NCBI GenBank assembly: GCA_043821645.1
Contig: JBDRCO010000086.1
Coordinates: 1-63,947, forward strand
DNA length: 63,947 nucleotides
Direction: 5' to 3'
Source: Pseudomonadota bacterium
GTDB lineage: Bacteria; Myxococcota; JACRCW01; JAFGSX01
Part shown: positions 9,943-18,415 of the stretch, in pieces
Numbering within the stretch: position 1 is the stretch's first letter
Layout: every line of letters starts with the position of its first letter
The notes under the pieces: model-generated
Database searches by the model: none
The model's input: the letters and a program-made list of their open reading frames with translations, nothing else
What the model was told of the DNA's origin: nothing
Position numbers and translations under genes: made by a program

Positions 9943-10815
9943 ATGCGAGTGACCGACCGCATGATGTTCACCACCGCCAGCGAGCGGCTCGCACGCCAGG
10001 AGTCCAACCTGCAGCTCGAGATGGCGCGGCTGTCGAGTGGGCGCGCCGTCGACAAGCCCTCGGATGACCCCGTTCGCTACGAGCAGGGCCGGCTGGCAGC
10101 CGAGCAGCGAGCGATGCTGCAGGCCTACGCTCTGAATTCTGAGCAAGCGCTGGGTGCCATGGACCAGGTCGACCAGGCGCTGGCAGGGATGCAGAATGCA
10201 CTGCAGCGGGTGCTCGAGCTGACCGTGCAAGGTGCCAGCGAGCAGTTCACCCAGGACAAGCGTGACGCCATGGCGCTGGAGGTCGAGGCCCTGCAGCAGG
10301 AGTTCCTCGGTCTGGGCAACACCCGTCTCGGGGGTCGTTACCTGCTGGGTGGCACGCTGGACACCACGCCTCCCTTTGCCAGCGACGGCAGCTACCAGGG
10401 CAGCAGCGTCGAGGTCTCCGTCGAGGTGGCGCCCGGGATGCGCGCGGCCACCCGGCTCGACGGTGGGCGATTGCTGGCCACAGGTGCTGGGACTCTGTTC
10501 GGCGTTGTTGCCGACGTCGCCGGCGCCCTGCGCTCGGGCGACACCACGGCGCTGTCTGGGGCCGTGGTCACGGTGCAGCAGGCCGTCTCCGATCTGGCGA
10601 CGACCCAGGCTGAGGTCGGGAGCCACGACAGCCTGGCAGCCCAGGCCAGTGCCATCCTGCAAGCCGACACCCTGCAGAACGAGGTGCGGGCGGATCGCGC
10701 CGTGGCCACCGATGTCGCAGCATCGTCGTCACGGCTGGCGTTGACTCTGCGCTCGTTGCAGGCCCTGCAGCAGGTCTTGCAGCAGACTCTGTCCGTCGGG
10801 CTGCTCGACCTCTGA
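9943..10815 (+). CDS. flgL: Hook-associated protein FlgL
   Basis: MRVT..LSSGRAVDKPSDDP..NTRLGGRYLLGG; follows flgK. Confidence 0.92.
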   Translation: MRVTDRMMFTTASERLARQESNLQLEMARLSSGRAVDKPSDDPVRYEQGRLAAEQRAMLQAYALNSEQALGAMDQVDQALAGMQNALQRVLELTVQGASEQFTQDKRDAMALEVEALQQEFLGLGNTRLGGRYLLGGTLDTTPPFASDGSYQGSSVEVSVEVAPGMRAATRLDGGRLLATGAGTLFGVVADVAGALRSGDTTALSGAVVTVQQAVSDLATTQAEVGSHDSLAAQASAILQADTLQNEVRADRAVATDVAASSSRLALTLRSLQALQQVLQQTLSVGLLDL

Positions 10816-10835
10816 TCGCACTCGGGACAAGATCA

Positions 10836-10862
10836 TGCCAGGAGGCAGTACAGCCAGGAGGC
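10836..10862 (+). promoter_or_regulatory. Two AGGA-loop mini-hairpins in csrA leader (putative CsrA sites)
   Basis: GCC-AGGA-GGC repeated at 10837 and 10853; the second overlaps the RBS. Confidence 0.55.
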
Positions 10863-10868
10863 CCGACC

Positions 10869-11108
10869 ATGTTGCAGCTGACGCGCAAGGAGGGTGAACG
10901 CATCGTGATCGGCGACGGCATCGAGGTGGTGGTGCTGGGGGTGTCGCGAGGCGAGGTTCGCCTAGGCGTGCGTGCACCACGCTCGGTGGCCATCCTGCGC
11001 GGCGAGATCGCGGACAGGGTGGCCCAGTCGAACCGCGACGCCGCCTCTGCACCGGCCGCCGAGCTGGTGTCGCGCCTGCGGCGGCACCGCGGGGAGGGTG
11101 ACCGGTGA
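10869..11108 (+). CDS. csrA: Translational regulator CsrA
   Basis: MLQLTRKEGERIVIGDGIEVVVL..VRLGVRAPRSVAILRGEI. Confidence 0.95.
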   Translation: MLQLTRKEGERIVIGDGIEVVVLGVSRGEVRLGVRAPRSVAILRGEIADRVAQSNRDAASAPAAELVSRLRRHRGEGDR

Positions 11109-11515
11109 CCGCGTCGCGCGCGTCCTCCCTCGACGCCACCACCCTGACTCTGGAGCGGGGTCTCCTTGGCTTCGAGCCGTTCACGGCCTTCACCCTGGCG
11201 CCCATTCCCGAGGCACCGCCCTTCGGCTTGCTCGCATCGGTCGAGGCCTCGGATCTGGGCTTCATCGTGGTCAGCGTTGCGGACGCGGTTCCCGACTTCA
11301 CGCCCACCATTCCGACCTGGCTCACGACCCGGCTCGAACAGGCAGGCGTGCAGCACGTCGAGATGCTGCTGCTGGTGACCGTGGATGCAAGCGGCGCGGC
11401 CTCCGTCAACCTGCGTGCTCCCCTGGTGTTGTGGGAGGGACGTCAGTACGGCGTGCAGGTCGTTCTGGACGAGGCCTTGCCCCTGCGGCACGCCTTGCCC
11501 AGTGGCCAGGGATAA
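11105..11515 (+). CDS. fliW: Flagellar assembly factor FliW
   Basis: GLLGFE..LASVE..LGFIVV..SVNLRAPLVL..QVVL; adjacent to csrA. Confidence 0.85.
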   Translation: MTASRASSLDATTLTLERGLLGFEPFTAFTLAPIPEAPPFGLLASVEASDLGFIVVSVADAVPDFTPTIPTWLTTRLEQAGVQHVEMLLLVTVDASGAASVNLRAPLVLWEGRQYGVQVVLDEALPLRHALPSGQG

Positions 11516-11519
11516 GCCC

Positions 11520-13895
11520 GTGCCCGAGCGGCAGGGTCACACGTGGGACTGGGCGGAGCACATTCAACCGGTCGTGCCGGGCCATTCCGGAGCGCGGAGC
11601 CAGCCTTCCTCGAGGCTCGACAGGATGTGCGCCCAGCGCACGCAGGTGGTGCAGGCCTTGGGGGCTCGCCTCAGCGACGACGCCGGTTTTACCCTGTGGG
11701 CAGTCCCCGCCTTGCTCGACCCCGGTATCGTGGCTGCGCCGTGGCCAGGCCTGCCACCTCCCGAGCAGACTCTGGACGCGGCGCTGGTGCTGGATCCTGC
11801 GATCCGCTCCCGAGCCGGCAGCCGGTCACCGCGCACCCCGTTTCGTGCACTGTGGCTGATGCCAGCCGCGAGCAAGGGGGGGCGCCTGTCGCTGGCGGTG
11901 CTGGTCGAACCGGACACACTGAGGAGCGGTGAACCCTGGGTGCTCAGGGAGCAGCTCGTCTCGACCCTGGCCCGGCAGGGGGTGCGGCTGCGCCTGCGCT
12001 TCGTGACGGCCGAGCCCGGGGAGCGCTGGCCGGGGAGCGTGCAGTTCGCGGTGCCACTGTGTGGGGCCTTCCCCGAGGGCTGGCTGTCCGCCGATGAGCG
12101 CGTGACGTCTGCCGGGAGTACCCGGGACGATGGCCTGCTGCAGGATCGCGCGCCGGCCTGGGTGCCGCAGCTGCCGACGCTGGCTCCAGCCATGTCCCTG
12201 CGCCGAGTCCTACGCCGTGCGCTGTTCGGCCTGGCGGTGCTTCGCGGGCAGCTCCTGGATGTCCCGGCTCGTCGCGATCTGTTGCAGGACTCGGCGTTGC
12301 CCGAGCTGTGGTGCGAGCCCGAGGCCATCGCGTTGACGGGGCTGTGGGGTGTACTGCATCGCGACGCGGTGCTGGCCGAGTCGGCCGGAGCAGCCCTTGC
12401 GCTGGTGCACGAGGATGCGCACTGGATTGGGATGCGGCACCTGCTCGGGCTACCTCCCTGCCACGACCTGCCGCCCGATCCTCGCCATGCCGTCGCGCGC
12501 GTGCACGAGGTCCTGGTGGAGTTCGCATTGCTGCTCGATGCGCTCCCGGGAGGTGGGGTGCTGGCCGGTGAGCTGCGCCAGTGGGTGGGACAGTTCGATG
12601 AGAGCGCAGGCTGGATCCCACGCAGCCTGGTGCGCGAGCTGTATTTGCCTGCCAGACCCCACCGCCTGGTGCTGCAGCTCAGCACAGATGCGAGCTGCGA
12701 GCTGCGCGCCGAGAAACCCGATGGGGCTTTGCTGAGCCAGGGCGTGAGCCCGGAGCTGGCCTTGGGCCAGCTGGCCAGTGACGGCCTGCTGTTGCCCGAG
12801 ACGAGTCTGCGCGTGCTGCCGCCGCTGCAACCGCGGCGCTGCAGCCGTCTGCCGGCGATCTTCCGGCGCTGGTTCGCGTCGCCACGGCGCGCCCTAGTTC
12901 TGATCGAGACCGCCGAGCCCGAGAACCAGTGGAGCCTGGAGTCCGCCCCGCGGCACCGGGTCGTGCTGCTCGTGCGCAGGGGCACGGGTGTGTTGGTCCA
13001 GACGCTAGAGAACCAGCAGGAGCTGTCCTGGCTCGCCCTTGTCCCCCGGGCTGCAGTGGCCTCGACCCTGGTGGTCCCGGTGGCCGGGGCCCGGGCCTGG
13101 ATCCTGGCCCGCTTCGCGGCATCGGCCCTGGCCGCTCTGGCGTGCGGCCAGGACCTGCTCGTCGACACGGGGTCCCGGCCACTGGCCATGACCCAGCGTT
13201 CCTGGCAACTCCGACCTGCCGCCCGTGGCCTCAGTTCCTTGCTCGGGAGGCGCGATGGGCTGCGACGCGTGGCAGCCATCGGCACCGGTGTCTTGGTAAG
13301 CACCCTGCGCCGGGTCCACGGGTCCGCTCCTCCCGGCCTCCAGGCGGCAGGTCTGCCCGGTGAGATCGCAAGCCCCGCCGCGGTGGGGATGGGGCAGTCC
13401 CTCCACGTGGTCGAGGACCCTCCCTGCGTGGCCTGCCTCGACGCCACAGGGGCCGTCAGCCTCTGGCCCTGCGAGTCGCATGAGCTCGGCAACCTGGTCG
13501 AGGACCTGAGCCACTTCTGCCGAGCCAGTGGCTTCCCGGTGCGCGTGATGTGGCACGCCGATGGGACCGAAGTGGTCCTTCATCCTCCCCGACCTGCTGG
13601 CGTCGACATCGAATTGGTCTACCAGCGGAAGTACCCCCGGTATGCCAGGGTCGGCGACCTGCACATCGAGTTGGATCGCAGGGGTACGGAGAGGTTGGCC
13701 CAGGCGATCCTGGCATGCACCAGCCCCTATCGCGCACCGCGCTTCTGCCTGCGCCGAATCGAGATGCCAGGGAGCTCGCTGACGTATCTTCTGCGCCTGC
13801 GGCAGGCCATACACCGGCGTCTGCAGGGCCGCCTCAGCCGCCTGGCCGAGCGCACCCAGATCACCCCTCAAGCCTGGCCAGCAGCGAGCCGATAG
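11520..13895 (+). CDS. ~790 aa hypothetical protein; N-terminus resembles a degenerate class I adenylate cyclase
   Basis: Long ORF filling the fliW-fliC gap; by-eye similarity to the CyaA class I N-terminal motif order without the catalytic DxD; start codon uncertain. Confidence 0.55.
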   Translation: MPERQGHTWDWAEHIQPVVPGHSGARSQPSSRLDRMCAQRTQVVQALGARLSDDAGFTLWAVPALLDPGIVAAPWPGLPPPEQTLDAALVLDPAIRSRAGSRSPRTPFRALWLMPAASKGGRLSLAVLVEPDTLRSGEPWVLREQLVSTLARQGVRLRLRFVTAEPGERWPGSVQFAVPLCGAFPEGWLSADERVTSAGSTRDDGLLQDRAPAWVPQLPTLAPAMSLRRVLRRALFGLAVLRGQLLDVPARRDLLQDSALPELWCEPEAIALTGLWGVLHRDAVLAESAGAALALVHEDAHWIGMRHLLGLPPCHDLPPDPRHAVARVHEVLVEFALLLDALPGGGVLAGELRQWVGQFDESAGWIPRSLVRELYLPARPHRLVLQLSTDASCELRAEKPDGALLSQGVSPELALGQLASDGLLLPETSLRVLPPLQPRRCSRLPAIFRRWFASPRRALVLIETAEPENQWSLESAPRHRVVLLVRRGTGVLVQTLENQQELSWLALVPRAAVASTLVVPVAGARAWILARFAASALAALACGQDLLVDTGSRPLAMTQRSWQLRPAARGLSSLLGRRDGLRRVAAIGTGVLVSTLRRVHGSAPPGLQAAGLPGEIASPAAVGMGQSLHVVEDPPCVACLDATGAVSLWPCESHELGNLVEDLSHFCRASGFPVRVMWHADGTEVVLHPPRPAGVDIELVYQRKYPRYARVGDLHIELDRRGTERLAQAILACTSPYRAPRFCLRRIEMPGSSLTYLLRLRQAIHRRLQGRLSRLAERTQITPQAWPAASR
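13868..13895 (+). promoter_or_regulatory. Sigma28 promoter of flagellin
   Basis: TCAAG-N15-GCCGATAG; the -10 box contains the upstream ORF stop codon. Confidence 0.85.
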
Positions 13896-13939
13896 GCCAG
13901 GTGAGAGTCAGCCGGCGGCCGCCGCGCCTCTCGTCACCA

Positions 13940-13990
13940 CGAGGCAAGGAAGCCTCGGCCCCCCCCCGCGGGGCAACGTCCAAGGAGGAC
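13940..13990 (+). promoter_or_regulatory. CsrA-binding hairpins in flagellin 5' UTR
   Basis: CGAGGC-AAGGAA-GCCTCG and GTCC-AAGGA-GGAC (over the SD), with GGA in both loops. Confidence 0.75.
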
Positions 13991-13995
13991 ACATC

Positions 13996-14835
13996 ATGGC
14001 ACTGTCAATTCTCACCAACGTCGCCTCTCTCAATGCCCAGCGCAACCTGGCCGAGACCCAGCGCACCATGGATTCGTCGCTGTCCCGTCTGTCCAGCGGC
14101 ATGCGCATCACCAAAGCTTCGGATGACGCGGCCGGTCTGGCGGTCAGCGAAACCCTGCGGGCGCAGGTGCGCGGCCTGCAGCAGGCCTCGCGCAATGCCC
14201 AGGACGGCATCTCGGTGATCCAGATCGCCGAGGGCGCCATGAACGAAATCACCAACATGATGATCCGCATGCGCGAGCTGGCCGTGCAGTCCGCGTCTGA
14301 CGGTATCAGCGACACCGAACGCGGCTACCTGAACACCGAGGTCAGCGCCCTGGCCGACGAGATCGACCGCATCGCCGGGTCGACTGCCTTTGCCGGCAAC
14401 AACCTGATCGACGGCTCCGGTGCCGACATGGACTTCCAGGTCGGCATCGACTCCACCGCGAACTCGCAGGTCACTGTGTCGTTCAGCGCCCTGGATGTCA
14501 CCGCTGCAACCCTGGGAGTCGATCAGCTTTCCATGACGGTCGACAGCAAGGCCAATGCCCTGCTTGCCATCGACGCCGTGGACACGGCCCTGGACACTGT
14601 GGCCTCCAACCGTGCGACCCTGGGCTCGGTCGCCAACCGCCTGGTCTCCACCATCAACAACCTGGCGGTGTCGATCGAAAACGTGGCCGCCGCCAACAGC
14701 CGCATCCGCGACGTCGACGTGGCCGAAGAGTCCTCGCGCATGACTCGCGCGCAGATCTTGATGCAGGCCGGCGTGTCCGTGCTGGCCCAGGCCAATGCCG
14801 CGCCGCAGTACGCCCTGGCACTGCTGGGCCGCTAG
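13996..14835 (+). CDS. fliC: Flagellin (short, 279 aa)
   Basis: TNVASLNAQRNL..RLSSGMRI..DDAAGL; SRIRDVDVAEE..QAGVSVLAQAN. Confidence 0.98.
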   Translation: MALSILTNVASLNAQRNLAETQRTMDSSLSRLSSGMRITKASDDAAGLAVSETLRAQVRGLQQASRNAQDGISVIQIAEGAMNEITNMMIRMRELAVQSASDGISDTERGYLNTEVSALADEIDRIAGSTAFAGNNLIDGSGADMDFQVGIDSTANSQVTVSFSALDVTAATLGVDQLSMTVDSKANALLAIDAVDTALDTVASNRATLGSVANRLVSTINNLAVSIENVAAANSRIRDVDVAEESSRMTRAQILMQAGVSVLAQANAAPQYALALLGR

Positions 14836-14841
14836 TCCGTC

Positions 14842-14877
14842 GAGCGCTGGCGGGCCTGAAGGGGTCCGCCAGCGCTC
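14842..14877 (+). terminator. Strong GC hairpin after fliC (terminator or mRNA stabiliser, no U tract)
   Basis: GAGCGCTGGCGG...CCGCCAGCGCTC perfect 12-bp stem. Confidence 0.6.
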
Positions 14878-14923
14878 ACCTCCCCGGGGGGAGGCCTGTC
14901 GTACCCCCGGACAGGGGTAGGCC

Positions 14924-15382
14924 ATGAAGATTGAAGAGATCACCCAGAGCAGCGTGCGCGGACGACACATGGAGCGCCCGTCATCCTCGCCGCCGCGACC
15001 GAGCAACATTCACCCAGACAGTGCCGGGCTGCAGGCAAGTGCCGAGACGGAGCTCTCCCCCAGCAGGGTTGTCCCGCAGAACGCCAGGGCAAAGGCCCCT
15101 GCATCCACAGAAGATGCCTTACGCACACCACAGGCGACGGAGCAGGACGCCCAGCCCACGCGCGCCGCCTTCGAGGCCCTGGCCAAGGATCTCGAGGTGC
15201 AGGTCCAGGTGCATGGCTACTCGGCCGTGACCTTCGAGGTCTCCAGCGACGAACCACCAGTGATGGTGCTGCGCGACACCCAGAGCGGTGAGGAGCTCAA
15301 GCGCATCCCACCCGAGACAATGCACAAGCTCCACGAGGCCTTCAAGGACCTCAAGGGCCTGCTGGTGGACGAGAAGGGCTAG
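14924..15382 (+). CDS. flaG: Flagellar protein FlaG
   Basis: C-terminal DTQSGEELKRIPPE..GLLVDEKG; between fliC and fliD. Confidence 0.85.
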   Translation: MKIEEITQSSVRGRHMERPSSSPPRPSNIHPDSAGLQASAETELSPSRVVPQNARAKAPASTEDALRTPQATEQDAQPTRAAFEALAKDLEVQVQVHGYSAVTFEVSSDEPPVMVLRDTQSGEELKRIPPETMHKLHEAFKDLKGLLVDEKG

Positions 15383-15406
15383 AGCAGAGGCGGGACGGAG
15401 CAACAC

Positions 15407-16744
15407 GTGACCATCCGGAGCGGCGGCATCGTCTCGGGCCTGGACACCAACGCCATCATCGAGGCCCTGGTGACCGCCGAGCGCACACCCATCACCAAGC
15501 TGAGCACCCAGCGTGCCGACTTCAGCCTTCAGCTCTCGAAGATCGCCAATCTCAAGTCCGCCCTCGGCAAGCTCGACCAGGCGGCTGGGGCCCTGTCGAG
15601 CACCCGCGACGTCCTGGCCTGCAGCGCCAGCAGCAGCGACAGCAGCCAGTTCACCGCCACAGCCACCGGTGCTGCCACTCAGGGAAGTCACCAGGTTCAG
15701 GTGCTGGCGCTGGCCACCAGCGAGCGAGACCGCAGCGCCGCCTTTGGCTCGGCCAGTGACGTGGTGCGAGCAGGCACCCTGACCGTGCAGGTCGAGGGTC
15801 AGGACGACGTGGTGGTGGACGTCGCCGAGGGCATGACCCTGCTCGACGTGGCCGCGGCCATCAACGCCAGCTCGGCCCGGGTCACGGCCAACGTGCTCCA
15901 GACCGGGACCGCCGCCTACCTGGACATCGTGGCAGACGACAGCGGCCACTCAGGCGCGAGCGCGAGCGACGCCGTGCAGCTGATCGAGAGCTACACCGGT
16001 GGCACGGGCACCGAGCTTGGCCTGGCCGAATTGACCCAGGCCCAGAATGCCCAGTTCACGCTCGATGGCCTGACCCTGACCCGGCGCAGCAACACGGTCG
16101 GTGACGCCCTCACAGGGCTGACCCTGCAGCTGCGTGGCGTCGGAACGAGCCTGGCTAGCCTCGATGTGGCAGTGGCCCCCGACGCGGTGGTGGTCAACAT
16201 CACGACCCTGGTCACCGCTTACAACGAGCTGATGAAGCTGGTGAATGGCGAGCTGCAGGTGGGGGAGAGCACAGCCAGGCGCGGCGCCCTCAGCGGTGAC
16301 CCGACGGTGCGCAGCCTGCGCATGAGCCTGGCTGCTGCCCTGGGCGGGGTCACCGCGGGAGATCCGCCCAACCTGGCCGCCGCGGGCATCACCACCCAGC
16401 GCGATGGGACACTGGCCATCGACGACGGGATCCTTCGCAGCACGCTGGCGCAGTCGCCGGCCGGCGTGGCCAGCCTGTTCACCGACGCCACCCAGGGCAC
16501 CAGCGCGCGCCTGAAGGCGCTGGTTGATCGCTACCTGGACTATGTCGATGGCGCCCTGCCCATGCGCGAGAAGGGTATACAGCGCTCGATCCAGGCACTG
16601 GAGAGTCAGATCGAGCGGCTCGAAGCGCGCGCGGCAAGGTACGAGGAGCGCTTGGTGCTCCAGTTCACCGCGCTGGAGAACGCTCTGAGTGGGTTGAGGA
16701 GCCAGGAGAGCTATCTGAGCTCGGTGCTGGGAGGTAAGGGATGA
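15407..16744 (+). CDS. fliD: Filament cap FliD
   Basis: GIVSGLDTNAIIEALV..AQNAQFTLDG..SNTV..QFTALE. Confidence 0.95.
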   Translation: MTIRSGGIVSGLDTNAIIEALVTAERTPITKLSTQRADFSLQLSKIANLKSALGKLDQAAGALSSTRDVLACSASSSDSSQFTATATGAATQGSHQVQVLALATSERDRSAAFGSASDVVRAGTLTVQVEGQDDVVVDVAEGMTLLDVAAAINASSARVTANVLQTGTAAYLDIVADDSGHSGASASDAVQLIESYTGGTGTELGLAELTQAQNAQFTLDGLTLTRRSNTVGDALTGLTLQLRGVGTSLASLDVAVAPDAVVVNITTLVTAYNELMKLVNGELQVGESTARRGALSGDPTVRSLRMSLAAALGGVTAGDPPNLAAAGITTQRDGTLAIDDGILRSTLAQSPAGVASLFTDATQGTSARLKALVDRYLDYVDGALPMREKGIQRSIQALESQIERLEARAARYEERLVLQFTALENALSGLRSQESYLSSVLGGKG

Positions 16745-17142
16745 ACGCGCGTGCCTTGGGGACCTATCGCCGCCAGAGCGTCGAGACCACCGACGCCGCC
16801 GGTGTCCTCTTGCTGCTTCTCGATGGCTTGCAGCGCTTCTGCGACGAGGCCCAGCAGGCCTTTGCCGCCAACTGCGTGCCCCGCGCCCTCGAGCAGACAG
16901 CGCGTGCCCGGGCCATCGTCGACGAGCTGCTGGTCAGCCTGGACCGCACGCAAGCGCCGGAGCTCTGCGATAACCTCTCGGGCATCTACAGTTTCGCGTC
17001 GCGGCGTCTGGTCGAGGCCCTGACCCAGCGCAGCGGCAGCGCGGTGGCCGAGGCCTGGCGTGCTCTGGCTCCCGTCGTCGAAGGCTTTCGAAAGGCGGTA
17101 CCACGCGCCCGTGCCGAGGGCCTGCGAGCAGCACGCCGATGA
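16741..17142 (+). CDS. fliS: Flagellin chaperone FliS
   Basis: YRRQSVET..LLLDG..IVDELLVSLD..NLSGIY. Confidence 0.9.
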   Translation: MNARALGTYRRQSVETTDAAGVLLLLLDGLQRFCDEAQQAFAANCVPRALEQTARARAIVDELLVSLDRTQAPELCDNLSGIYSFASRRLVEALTQRSGSAVAEAWRALAPVVEGFRKAVPRARAEGLRAARR

Positions 17143-17441
17143 CGTCCTCGAGCATCGCCGACGAGCTGCAGCACCTGCAGCTTCGCCTGCTGGCTGCGGC
17201 CGGAGGCGACGAGGGAGAGGACCTGAGCCAGCTCGTCGAGGCCCGGGATGACCTGCTGAGGCAGCTGGCCAGCAGTGGCGTCGCGATCGACGACGACCTG
17301 GCCATGCAGCTTCGTGCGCAGCAGCAGGCCCTTCAGCGCGCCGTGCAGCAACGCCGCGATGCCGTCGCCACCGCCCTGCGTGAGCTGGACCACGCGCGTC
17401 GTGCTCGTCGCGCCTATCGCCACGTCGCGCGGTCGAGCTGA
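17139..17441 (+). CDS. Small helical protein, FliT-like by position
   Basis: Overlaps fliS stop; LVEARDDLL..AY pattern. Confidence 0.5.
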   Translation: MTSSSIADELQHLQLRLLAAAGGDEGEDLSQLVEARDDLLRQLASSGVAIDDDLAMQLRAQQQALQRAVQQRRDAVATALRELDHARRARRAYRHVARSS

Positions 17442-17644
17442 GCTGGGGCTGGATAGCGACATCCTTGCTGGAACCCCGGATGATCTGCTCTCCGATCCGG
17501 GACGATCGCTGCTCTCGTTTATCCGAGACGATCGCTCACGGAAACACGGGATGGCGTGCTCTTCTGGGTGCTGGGATGCCCTGAACGCGCTGGACCTGGT
17601 GTGACATCGAAGCCGCGTCGGGCCTGGAACCACCGACCCAGATT

Positions 17645-18415
17645 TCAGTCGCGGTGCGTGGCAAGGGAGGTGGCGCCGGGAAGGGCTGCCCGCAGGGGAT
17701 CGACAGGTTCACCGCGCACCCGCAGCTCGACGTGCACGTGGGGGCCGGTGGATCGCCCGGTGTTGCCCACCTCGCCGATGCAATCACCAACCTGCACGGT
17801 CTGGCCCACCTGCGCGTGGGTCGCGGACAGGTGCGCGTAGCGGCTGAGACGTCCGGCTCCATGATCGACGACAACGTTGAGGCCGTAGTCCGGGCTGTGG
17901 CCGATCCACTGGACCGCGCCGGGTCCCAGGGGGTGCACGGCGCTGCCCTCGGGGGCAGCCAGATCGACCCCGGCGTGAAAACTGCGGACGCCTGTGAGGG
18001 GATCGCGACGCGGCCCGAAGCTCGAACTTTGGTGGGCCCCAGCCACCACCTGGGAGACGTGCGCAAGCTGGGTGGTGGCCGGGGTCACAGGTTGCTGCTC
18101 CCACTGGTGATCGAGCATGCGCGCGATGCCCACGCCACCCGACTGGGCCATAGCCATCGCAATCTGGCCGTCAAACATATCCAGGTAGCTGGATCTCGGC
18201 GATGCTGGACTGGACTCGCCACCCAGGGTCCCACCTTGTCTCATCGTCGACAGGAGCTGCTTGAGCATGACGGCCTCGAACTCGACGGCAGCGCGTCGCA
18301 GCGCCGCTCCGGGATCCTGCGCACCCGCCGCACCCGGGCGCAGAGCGCGCGGGGGGCCGCCTCGGGGCAACGGTCTCGCCAGTGCCTGCGGGGGGGCCGG
18401 TCGATGCGGCTTCAT
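17645..18415 (-). CDS. flgJ: FlgJ rod-binding domain fused to M23 peptidase
   Basis: LRRAAVEFEAVMLKQLLSTMR..MFDGQIA..GVGIARML; M23 motifs FHAGVD, YAHL, TGPHVHVE. Confidence 0.85.
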   Translation of the reverse strand: MKPHRPAPPQALARPLPRGGPPRALRPGAAGAQDPGAALRRAAVEFEAVMLKQLLSTMRQGGTLGGESSPASPRSSYLDMFDGQIAMAMAQSGGVGIARMLDHQWEQQPVTPATTQLAHVSQVVAGAHQSSSFGPRRDPLTGVRSFHAGVDLAAPEGSAVHPLGPGAVQWIGHSPDYGLNVVVDHGAGRLSRYAHLSATHAQVGQTVQVGDCIGEVGNTGRSTGPHVHVELRVRGEPVDPLRAALPGATSLATHRD

